A DNA stretch of 62,268 nucleotides, taken from NCBI GenBank assembly GCA_964436745.1, contig CAYTEC010000004.1:1-62268 (forward strand), read 5' to 3'. Shown one piece after another: positions 16,885 to 24,887 of this stretch. How positions within the stretch are numbered: position 1 is the stretch's first letter; every line of letters begins with the position of its first letter. The notes beneath the pieces were generated by a model. The model saw only the letters and a list, made by a program, of their open reading frames with translations, was not told the origin of the DNA and made no database searches. A program made the position numbers and the translations under genes. The stretch comes from an uncultured Dehalococcoidia bacterium (GTDB taxonomy: Bacteria; Chloroflexota; Dehalococcoidia; Lucifugimonadales; UBA1127).

Positions 16885-16990
16885 TGATCCCCGACCCCGT
16901 TCGCCCTGAGCTTGTCGAAGGGCGCGTGGGTGTCGTGGTTCGACAAGCTCCGCACGGGCGGGCAGGGCGTGCCCTGCACCCACTCTCGGC
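16885..16990. repeat. interspersed palindromic repeat (GCAGGGCGTGCCCTGC core plus CTTGTCGAA/TTCGACAAG hairpin)
   Basis: Arms GAGCTTGTCGAA (16908..16919) and TTCGACAAGCTC (16939..16950). Core at 16962..16977 followed by ACCCA. Gives the spurious peptides PELVEGR and FDKLR. Confidence 0.65.
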
Positions 16991-17086
16991 GCGTGTTGCC
17001 AGCGCCGCTCTTTGGAGGGTCGTCCGATCGGGGCGCCAACCGCGTTGGGCGTTCGTGGCTATGCGAGCCGGTCCCGAGCACGCCTA

Positions 17087-17791
17087 TCACGGCTCCCCGC
17101 CCCCGGTGGGCCCGCCTTCGGTGGCGTCCGCTGAGGGGGGCGACTCGGGGGAAGCCTCGTCTCGGTAGACCCCGCGGTATTCCGGCGGCAGCAGCGCCGC
17201 GACCCGTCTCATCACCTCGTCCGCCAACGACTCCCACCCCTCGCGGCCCTGCCGCCCCTCGGGCGGCGACAGCACGAACGGCGCTCCAACGCGGATGGTG
17301 AGGCGGCCGGTCGGCACGGCGACGCGCCACAGGGGGCCCAGCCGTTCCGTGCCCGTGATCGCTACCGGGAGGATTGGGGCCTGCGTCCGGGCAGCCAGGA
17401 GCGAGATGCCCGGCATCGGCTTCTGTATGCCTCTCCCAGGGTTGCGGTGCGCTTCTGGGAAGAACGCCAGAGCGTCGCCCTGGCGAAGGACCTGCCGCGC
17501 CCACATGAACGCCTGCACGTCCTGGCCATCGCGGTCCAGGGGATGGGCGCCGTAGGCTCGGAGGAAGGTGCTCACCACTGGTACAAAAGCCCCAGCCTTG
17601 GACAGGTAGCGGAGCCGCCTGGGGATGCTGGCCGCCAGCAGGGGCGGGTCCACGTTGCTCAGGTGGTTCGCCACCACGATCAGGGGCCCAGACGGCGGCA
17701 CGTGTTCCAGGCCTTCCACGCGCCACGTGCTGAAGGCCCGGAGCGCCCCCTGCATCATGACGCGGCAGACGCGATAGACGCGGTCCTCCAT
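17087..17791 (-). CDS. plsC: 1-acyl-sn-glycerol-3-phosphate acyltransferase
   Basis: HxxxxD motif NHLSNVD, FPEAHR (FPEGTR-like) and ..ILPVAITG.. Confidence 0.8.
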   Translation of the reverse strand: MEDRVYRVCRVMMQGALRAFSTWRVEGLEHVPPSGPLIVVANHLSNVDPPLLAASIPRRLRYLSKAGAFVPVVSTFLRAYGAHPLDRDGQDVQAFMWARQVLRQGDALAFFPEAHRNPGRGIQKPMPGISLLAARTQAPILPVAITGTERLGPLWRVAVPTGRLTIRVGAPFVLSPPEGRQGREGWESLADEVMRRVAALLPPEYRGVYRDEASPESPPSADATEGGPTGGGEP

Positions 17792-17792
17792 G

Positions 17793-18473
17793 CTACGCGT
17801 CCGCCTTGACCAGAGCCAGAACGCGTTCGACGACCTCGTCCAGCGACACGCCTTCCGTGTCCATGAAGTGGGCGTCGTCGGCGGGGCGGAGGGGCGAGGC
17901 GGCTCGCTGGGTGTCCGCGCGGTCGCGGGCCTCGATCTCCCGCTGGACCTGGTCCAGGCTGGTTTGCCCGCCGGCCGCCACGAGCTCCAGGCGTCGCCGA
18001 CGCGCTCGCTCCGCCACCGAGGCTTGAAGGTAAAGCTTCACGTCCGCTTCGGGGAGGATCACGGTGCCGATGTCGCGGCCCGCCATGACTACGCGCCCCA
18101 CGTCCGCCAGCGCCCGCTGAGTCGCGACGAGGGCTTGCCGCACGCCCGCTACGCGGGAGGTCCGTGACACGATGCCCTCAACTTCTGGGTCCTTGAGGGA
18201 ATCCGTGGCGTCATCGCCGTCGACCAGCACCCGCTCGCCCTGGGCGGGCTCGGTGACCTCGATGCGAAGGCCTTCCGCGAGGGCGGTGAGGGCCGACTCG
18301 TCGTCGGGCGGGATGCCGCGCTGGACGGCGGCCCAGGCCACGGCGCGGTAGAGGAGGCCAGTGTCCAGGAAGTGGAACCCGAGGGCGGCGGCCACGCTCC
18401 GACCCACGGCCGTCTTGCCGGACGCCACTGGGCCGTCGATGGCGATGGTCGTGGCGGCGCGTGGGGTGGTCAC
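17793..18473 (-). CDS. cmk: cytidylate kinase
   Basis: IAIDGPVASGKT P-loop, ..LDTGLLYRAV.. and ..GRDIGTVILPEADVKLYL.. GTG start. Confidence 0.9.
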   Translation of the reverse strand: MTTPRAATTIAIDGPVASGKTAVGRSVAAALGFHFLDTGLLYRAVAWAAVQRGIPPDDESALTALAEGLRIEVTEPAQGERVLVDGDDATDSLKDPEVEGIVSRTSRVAGVRQALVATQRALADVGRVVMAGRDIGTVILPEADVKLYLQASVAERARRRRLELVAAGGQTSLDQVQREIEARDRADTQRAASPLRPADDAHFMDTEGVSLDEVVERVLALVKADA

Positions 18474-18516
18474 GGCTCGCCCCGGTCGCCGCCGATAGTT
18501 GCCGAGAGGGACGTGG

Positions 18517-18777
18517 CTACCGCTTTGCCTTCCACTGGTCGTAGCCGATCCCCATCATGTTCAGAACCGTGTTGAACGTCAGCACGCCCGCGAACGCCAG
18601 GATGCCCGCGAACCAGGCGGCCAGGCCCCAGCGGACGTCCAGGTCCCCCAGCGCGGCGTCCATCACCAGCGCTAGGGTGCCCAGCCCCGCAATGACGACG
18701 AGGTTGGCCGCCGTCCACCGATACCCCGCTCCGGGGCTGTCACGGAACCAACGATAGAATTGAAAGCGCCAGCTCAC
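18517..18777 (-). CDS. small membrane protein (86 aa, 2 predicted TM helices)
   Basis: GTG start with SD AGGAGGG 5 nt upstream. Two hydrophobic segments. The longer ORF-track version (to 18966) has no SD. Confidence 0.5.
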   Translation of the reverse strand: MSWRFQFYRWFRDSPGAGYRWTAANLVVIAGLGTLALVMDAALGDLDVRWGLAAWFAGILAFAGVLTFNTVLNMMGIGYDQWKAKR

Positions 18778-18858
18778 TCGGCCCTCCTGTGGGTCCCGGT
18801 CTCCAGAGGCGGTGTGGGACCGGGCACTAGCATACTCAAATGTGAACGCGCCCGCAAC

Positions 18859-18888
18859 TTGACACCGCCACGAGCGCGCCGATACCAT
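18859..18888 (+). promoter_or_regulatory. candidate gcv operon promoter (TTGACA-N18-TACCAT)
   Basis: aacTTGACAccgccacgagcgcgccgaTACCATcgc, about 28 nt upstream of the gcvT ATG. Confidence 0.45.
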
Positions 18889-18915
18889 CGCTTCACCACC
18901 TCGTCGGGAGCGCCG

Positions 18916-20067
18916 ATGGCCCAGGATAGTGCCGCCCTTCTTCGTACGCCGCTCCACGAGACCCACCGCGGATTGGACGCCCGCTTGGTCCCGTTCGCCG
19001 GCTGGGAGATGCCCCTCCAGTACGCCGGCATCCTGGCGGAGGTCCGAGCGGTGCGCACGGCCCTCGGCCTATTCGACGTCTCCCACATGGGCCGTCTGCG
19101 CTTCGAAGGTCCGGGTGGCGTCGCCCTCCTGGACCGGCTGCTGACCGCGCCCGTGCGCGCCTTGGCGCCGGGTCGGGCGCGCTACTGCTTCCTTCTGAAC
19201 GACGATGGTGGGATCATCGACGACGTGGTCGTCTACCGCCTCGCTCCCACCCCCGAGGTCGAAGAGCGACTGATGGTGGTGTGCAACGCATCGAATCGCG
19301 GGGCCGTCGTGGCGTGGATCGGGAACCACTGGGGGGACGAGCCGGAGCTGACCCTCTGCGACCTCACGCTGGAGACCGCCATGGTGGCCGTCCAGGGTTC
19401 CGGGGCCGCCGCGGCCCTCGACTCGCTGCTCGGTCCCGGCGGTCCGTCGGGGCTGCGGCCGTTCGGGGTGGAGGAGCGCTCGGCCCGCCTCGGCGATGTG
19501 ACAGACCCCGTGCCCGTGCTGGTCAGCCGCACGGGGTACACCGGCGAGAACGGCTTCGAGGTCGTCGTTCCCGGCGAGGCCGCCGGAGCGCTGTGGCGTG
19601 CGCTCATGGAGCTTGGGGGCGTGCCGTGCGGGCTCGGGGCCAGGGACGTGCTGCGGCTGGAGGCGGGCCTACGGCTCCACGGGACCGACATGGACGCGGC
19701 GGCCACCCCTCTGGAGGCCGCGCTGGAGCGGTTCGTCTCGATGGACAAAGAGGGGGGGTTCGTGGGGCGGGATGCGCTCGCACGGCAGGCGGCCGGGGGC
19801 CTTCGGCGCACGCTCGTGGGGTTCGTTATGCGCGACCGGGCGATCCCCCGGCACGGGTACGCGATTCAGGCCGTGGAGGGTGGTCCGCGGGTTGGCGAGG
19901 TGACCTCCGGCAGCCACTCTCCTACCCTTGACAGTGACATTGGGATGGGCTATGTTCCCGTCGAGCTTGGCGACCCTGGGACCCCCATCGTCGTGGACAT
20001 CCGGGGTCGTCCCGCGCTGGCCGATGTCGTGGCCCTTCCGTTCTACCGGCGGCGCTCCGTGAGCTGA
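18916..20067 (+). CDS. gcvT: glycine cleavage system aminomethyltransferase GcvT
   Basis: ..TPLHETHRGLDARLVPFAGWEMPLQY...LFDVSHMG.. Start at ATG 18916. Confidence 0.9.
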   Translation: MAQDSAALLRTPLHETHRGLDARLVPFAGWEMPLQYAGILAEVRAVRTALGLFDVSHMGRLRFEGPGGVALLDRLLTAPVRALAPGRARYCFLLNDDGGIIDDVVVYRLAPTPEVEERLMVVCNASNRGAVVAWIGNHWGDEPELTLCDLTLETAMVAVQGSGAAAALDSLLGPGGPSGLRPFGVEERSARLGDVTDPVPVLVSRTGYTGENGFEVVVPGEAAGALWRALMELGGVPCGLGARDVLRLEAGLRLHGTDMDAAATPLEAALERFVSMDKEGGFVGRDALARQAAGGLRRTLVGFVMRDRAIPRHGYAIQAVEGGPRVGEVTSGSHSPTLDSDIGMGYVPVELGDPGTPIVVDIRGRPALADVVALPFYRRRSVS

Positions 20068-20100
20068 TGGGGCGCGTGCCGACGCAGAGAGGCGGTTCCG

Positions 20101-20496
20101 ATGACGACGACCCCTACCGACCTGCGATACACCCGCGAGCACGAGTGGGTTCGCCAGGCCGGAGACGGCACGGTGGTGGTGGGGATCACCTACTTCGCCC
20201 AGGAGCAGCTTGGGGACGTGATCTACGTCAGCCTGCCGGCAGTGGGGGCCGAGGTCAAGCAGCACGGGACCATGGGGGAGGCGGAGTCGGTCAAGGCGGT
20301 CTCGGACCTGTTCTCGCCCCTTAGCGGCGAGGTGACGGAGGTCAACGGCGCTCTGGTGGACCACCCGGAGGTCGTCAACGCGGACCCGTACGGCGAGGGT
20401 TGGATGATCCGGGTGCGTCTGGCGGACGAGGGCGAGCTGGCCGGCCTGCTCACGGCCCCGGAGTACGACGCGTTCGTGGCGGCCGAAGGCCACTAG
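20101..20496 (+). CDS. gcvH: glycine cleavage system H protein
   Basis: ..YTREHEWV.. and the lipoyl-lysine context GEAESVKAVSDLFSP. Confidence 0.9.
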   Translation: MTTTPTDLRYTREHEWVRQAGDGTVVVGITYFAQEQLGDVIYVSLPAVGAEVKQHGTMGEAESVKAVSDLFSPLSGEVTEVNGALVDHPEVVNADPYGEGWMIRVRLADEGELAGLLTAPEYDAFVAAEGH

Positions 20497-20502
20497 ACCG
20501 CG

Positions 20503-21861
20503 ATGGCGGACACATTCCTCCACCCGTACCTGCCCCACACGGACGAGCAGCGCCGGACGATGCTGCGCGCCGTGGGCGCCGCCTCCGTCGACGATCTGTT
20601 CGACGACATCCCCGCTGCCTTTCGTGACCCGGACGTGGCGCTGCCCCCTCCCCTGAGCGAGCTCGAGCTGCTCCAGGAGCTTGGGGAGCTAGCTGAGCGC
20701 AACCTGGTGCCGGGCGTCGCGCCGTGCTTCCTCGGCGGCGGCGCCTACAGCCACTTCATTCCCAGCGCCGTTTCCGCCCTGGTCTCTCGTGGCGAGTTCC
20801 TTACCGCCTACACCCCGTACCAGCCCGAGGTGAGCCAGGGAACGCTCCAGGCAACCTACGAGTTCCAGTCGCTCGTCTGCCAGCTTACCGGGATGGAGGC
20901 GGCGAACGCGGGGATGTACGACGGAGCGACGGCCCTGGCCGAGGCTGCGCTCATGGCCTGCCGTGTCACCCATCGGTACAAGGTGGCGACCCTGGACACC
21001 GTCAGCCCTCGATACCGGGAGGTCCTGCGGCTCTACCTGGTGCCACAGGGCGTGGAGATCGTCGTCGTGCCGAGGAGCGACCCGGCGGTGGACGGGGAGA
21101 CTGCGTGCCTCCTGGCCCAGTACCCGGACAGCCTTGGCGCGGTCCCGGACCTGGACGCTCTGACGCGGATGGCCCACGCCCAGGGCGCGCTAATCGCCGT
21201 GAGCGCCTACCCGGTGGCGCTTGGTATGCTGCGGGCGCCCGGCGACTACGGAGTGGACATAACGACCGGCGAGTGCCAGCCGATGGGGGTCGGCCTCAGC
21301 TACGGCGGACCGTACGTGGGCATGTTCGCGTGCCAGGACCGATACCTGCGCCAGACCCCCGGCCGCATCGTCGGCAGGACGGTGGACGGAGGCGGCCGGC
21401 CGGGGTACGTACTGACGCTCCAGACCCGGGAGCAGCACATCCGCCGTGAGCGGGCCACCTCCAACATCTGTACATCGGAAGCCCTCATCGCCACGTCCGT
21501 CGCTGTGTACCTGGCGGCGCTGGGGCCTCGGGGGCTGCGGCAGGTCGCGGAGCTTTGCTACCAGAAGGCCCACTACGCCGCCGCCCGCATCTCGGAGCTG
21601 CCCGGATACGATGTACACCCCCAAATCGCGGATGGCCGCACAGCGGAAGAGACCCCGGTGTGGTTCAACGAGTTCGTGGTTCGCGGCCCCATGCCGGCCG
21701 CCGACCTCAATCGACGGCTGCTTCGACGGGGCATCATCGGTGGGCTCGACGTGAGCGACCAGGTCCCAGGCGGCATGCTCCTGTGTGCAACCGAGATGAA
21801 CAGCCGAGCGGAGATCGACGGCCTGGTGGACGCCCTCGCGGCCGTCGCGGGAGAGGGGTAG
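20503..21861 (+). CDS. gcvPA: glycine dehydrogenase (aminomethyl-transferring) subunit 1
   Basis: Split P-protein N-terminal subunit: ..YTPYQPEVSQGTLQ..EFQ.. and ..RREHIRRERATSNICT.. Confidence 0.9.
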   Translation: MADTFLHPYLPHTDEQRRTMLRAVGAASVDDLFDDIPAAFRDPDVALPPPLSELELLQELGELAERNLVPGVAPCFLGGGAYSHFIPSAVSALVSRGEFLTAYTPYQPEVSQGTLQATYEFQSLVCQLTGMEAANAGMYDGATALAEAALMACRVTHRYKVATLDTVSPRYREVLRLYLVPQGVEIVVVPRSDPAVDGETACLLAQYPDSLGAVPDLDALTRMAHAQGALIAVSAYPVALGMLRAPGDYGVDITTGECQPMGVGLSYGGPYVGMFACQDRYLRQTPGRIVGRTVDGGGRPGYVLTLQTREQHIRRERATSNICTSEALIATSVAVYLAALGPRGLRQVAELCYQKAHYAAARISELPGYDVHPQIADGRTAEETPVWFNEFVVRGPMPAADLNRRLLRRGIIGGLDVSDQVPGGMLLCATEMNSRAEIDGLVDALAAVAGEG

Positions 21862-21867
21862 CGGCAG

Positions 21868-23355
21868 GTGACCGAGGAGACACGAGCGATGCCAGCCACG
21901 GGCGCGGGCCACCCGATGCTCTGGGGCCTCAGCGCGCCCGGTCGGACCGGGGTGCGTCTGCCCGAGTGCGACGTGCCCACGCAGCCGCTGCCGCCGGAGT
22001 CGATGCTGCGGGACGGGCTCGCGCTGCCGGAGGTCTCGGAGCTCGATGTTGTGCGGTACTTCACCGGCCTCTCGCAACGCAACTTCTCCGTGGACACCAA
22101 CTTCTACCCGCTGGGCTCCTGCACCATGAAGTACAACCCCAGGGTGAACGAGCAGGCGGCGTCGCTCCTCGGCTTCGCGGCTCTCCACCCGCTACAGGCG
22201 GAAGAGTCGGCGCAGGGGGCTTTGGAGCTGATGCACCGGCTCCAGGAGTGCCTGGGCGCGGTCACTGGGATGCCCGACTGCAGCCTTGCCACGCTGGCCG
22301 GCGCGCATGGCGAGTTGGCTGGGGTGCTCATGATCCGGGCGCACCACCTCTCGAGAGGCGATACGGCCCGGAAGGTGATGCTGATCCCCGACAGCGCCCA
22401 CGGGACCAACCCGGCATCGGCTGCGATGGCGGGATTCCAGGTCGAGACCGTGCCTTCGGACGCTCACGGCAACATGGACCTGGAAGCTCTGCGCGGCCTG
22501 GCCGACGACCGCCTTGCGGGCGTGATGATCACGCTGCCGAGCACGCTGGGCCTATTCGACACGGGGATCGTCGAGGTATGCGAGACAGTGCACCGCGCCG
22601 GCGGGCTGGTGTATGGCGACGGCGCGAACATGAATGCGCTGCTGGGTCGCGCGCTGCTGGGCGACCTGGGATTCGACGTGATCCACCTGAACCTGCACAA
22701 GACCTTCAGCACACCCCACGGCGGAGGCGGGCCGGGATCGGGGCCGGTGTGCGCGGGGCCGACGCTCGCTCCATACCTGCCCTCGCCCATCGCCGTCCGC
22801 GAACCGGGGGACGACGGCGACCGCTTCCGCCTGGCATCGCCGGAAGCCTCGATCGGCAAGGCGGCGGCCTTTCACGGCAACTTCGGCGTGCTGGTGCGGG
22901 CGTACGCCTACATCCGAGCGCTGGGCGCGGAGGGGCTGCGCCAGGCGAGCGCCGACGCGGTCCTCAACGCGAACTACCTGCTGGCTGCGCTCCGGGGCGA
23001 CTACCATCTGCCCTACGACCGGGGCTGCATGCACGAGGTGGTTGTGTCGGCGCGGGGGCAGAAGGCGAGCGGCGTCCGCGCCCTGGACATCGCCAAGCGG
23101 ATGATCGACTACGGCGTCCACCCACCGACGATGTACTTCCCGCTGATCGTCGACGAGGCGTTGATGATCGAGCCCACGGAGTCGGAGAGCAAGGAGACGC
23201 TGGACGCGTTCATCGAGGTGATGCGGGCCATCGCGCGCGAGTCGGCGGAGACGCCGGAAGTTGTGCGGGAGGCCCCCCACCACACCCCCGTGGGGCGGCT
23301 GGACGAGGCGCTGGCGGCTCGACGGCCCGACCTGCGATGGACGCCCGCGGGCTAG
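21868..23355 (+). CDS. gcvPB: glycine dehydrogenase (aminomethyl-transferring) subunit 2
   Basis: ..GSCTMKYNP.. and the PLP-lysine context NLHKTFSTPHGGGGPG. GTG start (or ATG 21889). Confidence 0.9.
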   Translation: MTEETRAMPATGAGHPMLWGLSAPGRTGVRLPECDVPTQPLPPESMLRDGLALPEVSELDVVRYFTGLSQRNFSVDTNFYPLGSCTMKYNPRVNEQAASLLGFAALHPLQAEESAQGALELMHRLQECLGAVTGMPDCSLATLAGAHGELAGVLMIRAHHLSRGDTARKVMLIPDSAHGTNPASAAMAGFQVETVPSDAHGNMDLEALRGLADDRLAGVMITLPSTLGLFDTGIVEVCETVHRAGGLVYGDGANMNALLGRALLGDLGFDVIHLNLHKTFSTPHGGGGPGSGPVCAGPTLAPYLPSPIAVREPGDDGDRFRLASPEASIGKAAAFHGNFGVLVRAYAYIRALGAEGLRQASADAVLNANYLLAALRGDYHLPYDRGCMHEVVVSARGQKASGVRALDIAKRMIDYGVHPPTMYFPLIVDEALMIEPTESESKETLDAFIEVMRAIARESAETPEVVREAPHHTPVGRLDEALAARRPDLRWTPAG

Positions 23356-23401
23356 GGCATCGTTGACAGGGGGCGCGGCGCGTCCCTAGAATGGATGCGG
23401 T

Positions 23402-23476
23402 GCGGGCGTAACTCAGTGGTAGAGTCCCTGCTTCCCAAGCAGGTTGTCGTGGGTTCGAATCCCATCGCCCGCTCCA
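23402..23476 (+). tRNA. tRNA-Gly (anticodon CCC)
   Basis: Cloverleaf by hand. Acceptor GCGGGCG/CGCCCGC, anticodon stem CCTGC/GCAGG with loop TTCCCAA, T-loop GGTTCGAATCC, CCA encoded. Confidence 0.9.
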
Positions 23477-23760
23477 CCACGAGTGTCCGCTACGGTTAGA
23501 GCGCACCCGCGTTGTCTCCGGCGGCTTGGCGATACATCCCTCAGGTTCCGCCACAGCTCCCACTCATCCGGACTGGCCGCATCCGCCCTCTCCCCGCCCG
23601 ACGAACCGCTTGGTCACTCGGCAGTCCCGGGTCCGGGTAGGAGGGGGGGCCGTCCCGAGGATTGCCAGTGGATAGTGGGGTTTGGCCGGACATGTGGCCT
23701 GCCCCCCGAAAACTAGTCCAGGAGTAATGTTAGACCTGGACAGGAAAGGGGGGCAGGCCA

Positions 23761-24075
23761 GTCTCAAGTTCAGTGGCCAACGCGTCCCTCTCGGCCACCT
23801 TGTCGGCCAGCCGGCTCGTGGTGGTCTCAAGTTCAGTGGCCAACGCGTCCCCCTCGGCCACCTTGTCGGCCAGCCGGCTCGTGGTGGTCTCAAGATCAGT
23901 GGCCAACGCGTCCCTCTCGGCCACCTTGTCGGCCAGCCGGTCCGTGGTGGTTTCAAGCTCAGTGGCCAATGCGTCCCTCTCGGCCACCTTGTCGTTCAGC
24001 TGGCCCGTGGTGGTCTCAAGTTCAGTAACCAACGCGTCCCTCTCGGCCACCTTGTCGGCTAGTTGCCCCCTTGTG
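23761..24075. repeat. tandem repeat, 5 x 63 bp (coding; 21-aa unit ELETTTSRLADKVAERDALAT)
   Basis: Units start at 23761, 23824, 23887, 23950 and 24013 (GTCTCAAG..). They are near-identical, with a few substitutions per unit. Confidence 0.9.
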
Positions 24076-24118
24076 CGAAGGAGATCCGTGGCCAATCTTT
24101 CTGTTTCTGTGACCGCGA

Positions 24119-24139
24119 CCACCAACTCAGAGTTGGTGG
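24119..24139 (-). other. perfect 8-bp hairpin CCACCAAC-TCTGA-GTTGGTGG, 31 nt 3' of the in-frame TGA
   Basis: Read directly from the sequence. The arms are perfectly complementary. Confidence 0.6.
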
Positions 24140-24147
24140 AGTCCAAA

Positions 24148-24510
24148 CTAGACCGAGTATCTGTCAGCTGTCACGCTAGCGTTCCACAAACCGCGAGTAA
24201 GACCGCCACCGAAGTGACCATGAGCACTGTGATGCGCATCTTGGGTCTCCTCTCTCCGCCAAGTGCGTGAGCCCTCGTCGTTTCCAAGCGCGGTGCCGAT
24301 GATGCCGCTCGAGAGGCCCCAGCTCCGCACCAGGGCGGCCACGATCGTCGCGTCGTCGCCGATGTGGTTCCAGGACCCACGGATGTAGTCCCCGGTGTTG
24401 GGGACTGGCGGACGGTCAACCATGAAGTTGTTGAACCAGGTGAGCATCCCGAACGCCACGACATCCGGTCCGGGATGGGTGCCTGCGGCGCCAACTGACG
24501 GATGAGTCAT
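24148..24510 (-). pseudogene. possible N-terminal fragment of a PfkB-family sugar kinase (truncated)
   Basis: MTHPSVGAAGTHPGPDVVAFGML..VDRPPVPNTGDY...IGDDATIVAALVRSWGLSSGIIGTALGNDEG resembles the first ~80 aa of PfkB/ribokinase-like kinases. The frame then runs into the lipoprotein start region and stops. Confidence 0.3.
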
Positions 24511-24887
24511 GGGCTCCTGCCTATGGACGCGCCAAAGCGCCGTTCCGCCCGCTTGTCGTGACCTCCGCGCCCATGCCCGCATCGCCCTTCTGCGCTATCG
24601 TTGCCATTCAGTTGCCGGTGGCCACAGGTGGTCCCAACGGGGCACGCTGGCTGGTCGTCGGGTCGAAGAAAGGTCAGTTGGCTCGGCCGATGTCGGCTTG
24701 CCCAGACCCATGCCCTGCCGACGGTGGCAACTAGGTATCACAGCGGGGTGTCCAAGTCAAATCGCGGGGATGGGGCCCTGGGCAGTCCCCTCGCACATCC
24801 GCGGCGATGCGGACCGCCCTGCGTCCGCTGGGAAGCGCGGTGGGGAGCGAATCGTGCCGGCCGTGTGGGCGGCGGCCTCGCGGCGGG

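Larger units (their letters stand above)
23730..24239 (-). pseudogene. lipoprotein-like coiled-coil repeat protein interrupted by one in-frame TGA (nonsense pseudogene, sequencing error or recoding)
   Basis: ATG 24239 with SD GGAGAGAGGAGA opens MRITVLMVTSVAVLLAVC-GTLA. TGA follows at 24173..24171, then 8 sense codons, then the 138-codon repeat ORF (23730..24146) in the same frame. That ORF alone has only a TTG start and no SD. GC3 is high in this frame. Confidence 0.55.

Noticed and set aside
18780-18915. Glycine riboswitch upstream of gcvT.
   Set aside because: The leader is only about 28 nt after the candidate -10. It lacks the conserved GGAGAG..CACCG..GGGCAA-type blocks, and only a promoter-like element was seen.
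23402-23476. tRNA-Gly about 700 nt from the in-frame TGA, considered as a possible UGA-decoding (Gly) suppressor.
   Set aside because: The anticodon loop reads TTCCCAA (anticodon CCC), not UCA. All other genes in the window use TGA as a normal stop.
23477-23729. Integration (att) site or integrase remnant next to tRNA-Gly.
   Set aside because: I found no direct repeat of the tRNA 3' end within the following ~1.5 kb by eye. There is also no integrase-like ORF. Only the compositional shift and the truncated kinase stub hint at an insertion.
23761-24075. Regularly spaced 63-bp repeats considered as a possible CRISPR array.
   Set aside because: The repeats are directly adjacent with no unique spacers. 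They are in frame and translate to a heptad-compatible 21-aa unit with high GC3. No cas genes are present.
24171-24173. Selenocysteine insertion at the in-frame TGA, given the downstream hairpin.
   Set aside because: The position lies a few residues after a lipoprotein signal peptide, not in a redox motif. The hairpin is 31 nt away and lacks recognisable SECIS loop features. No sel genes are in the window. It remains a remote possibility and is mentioned only under the main finding.
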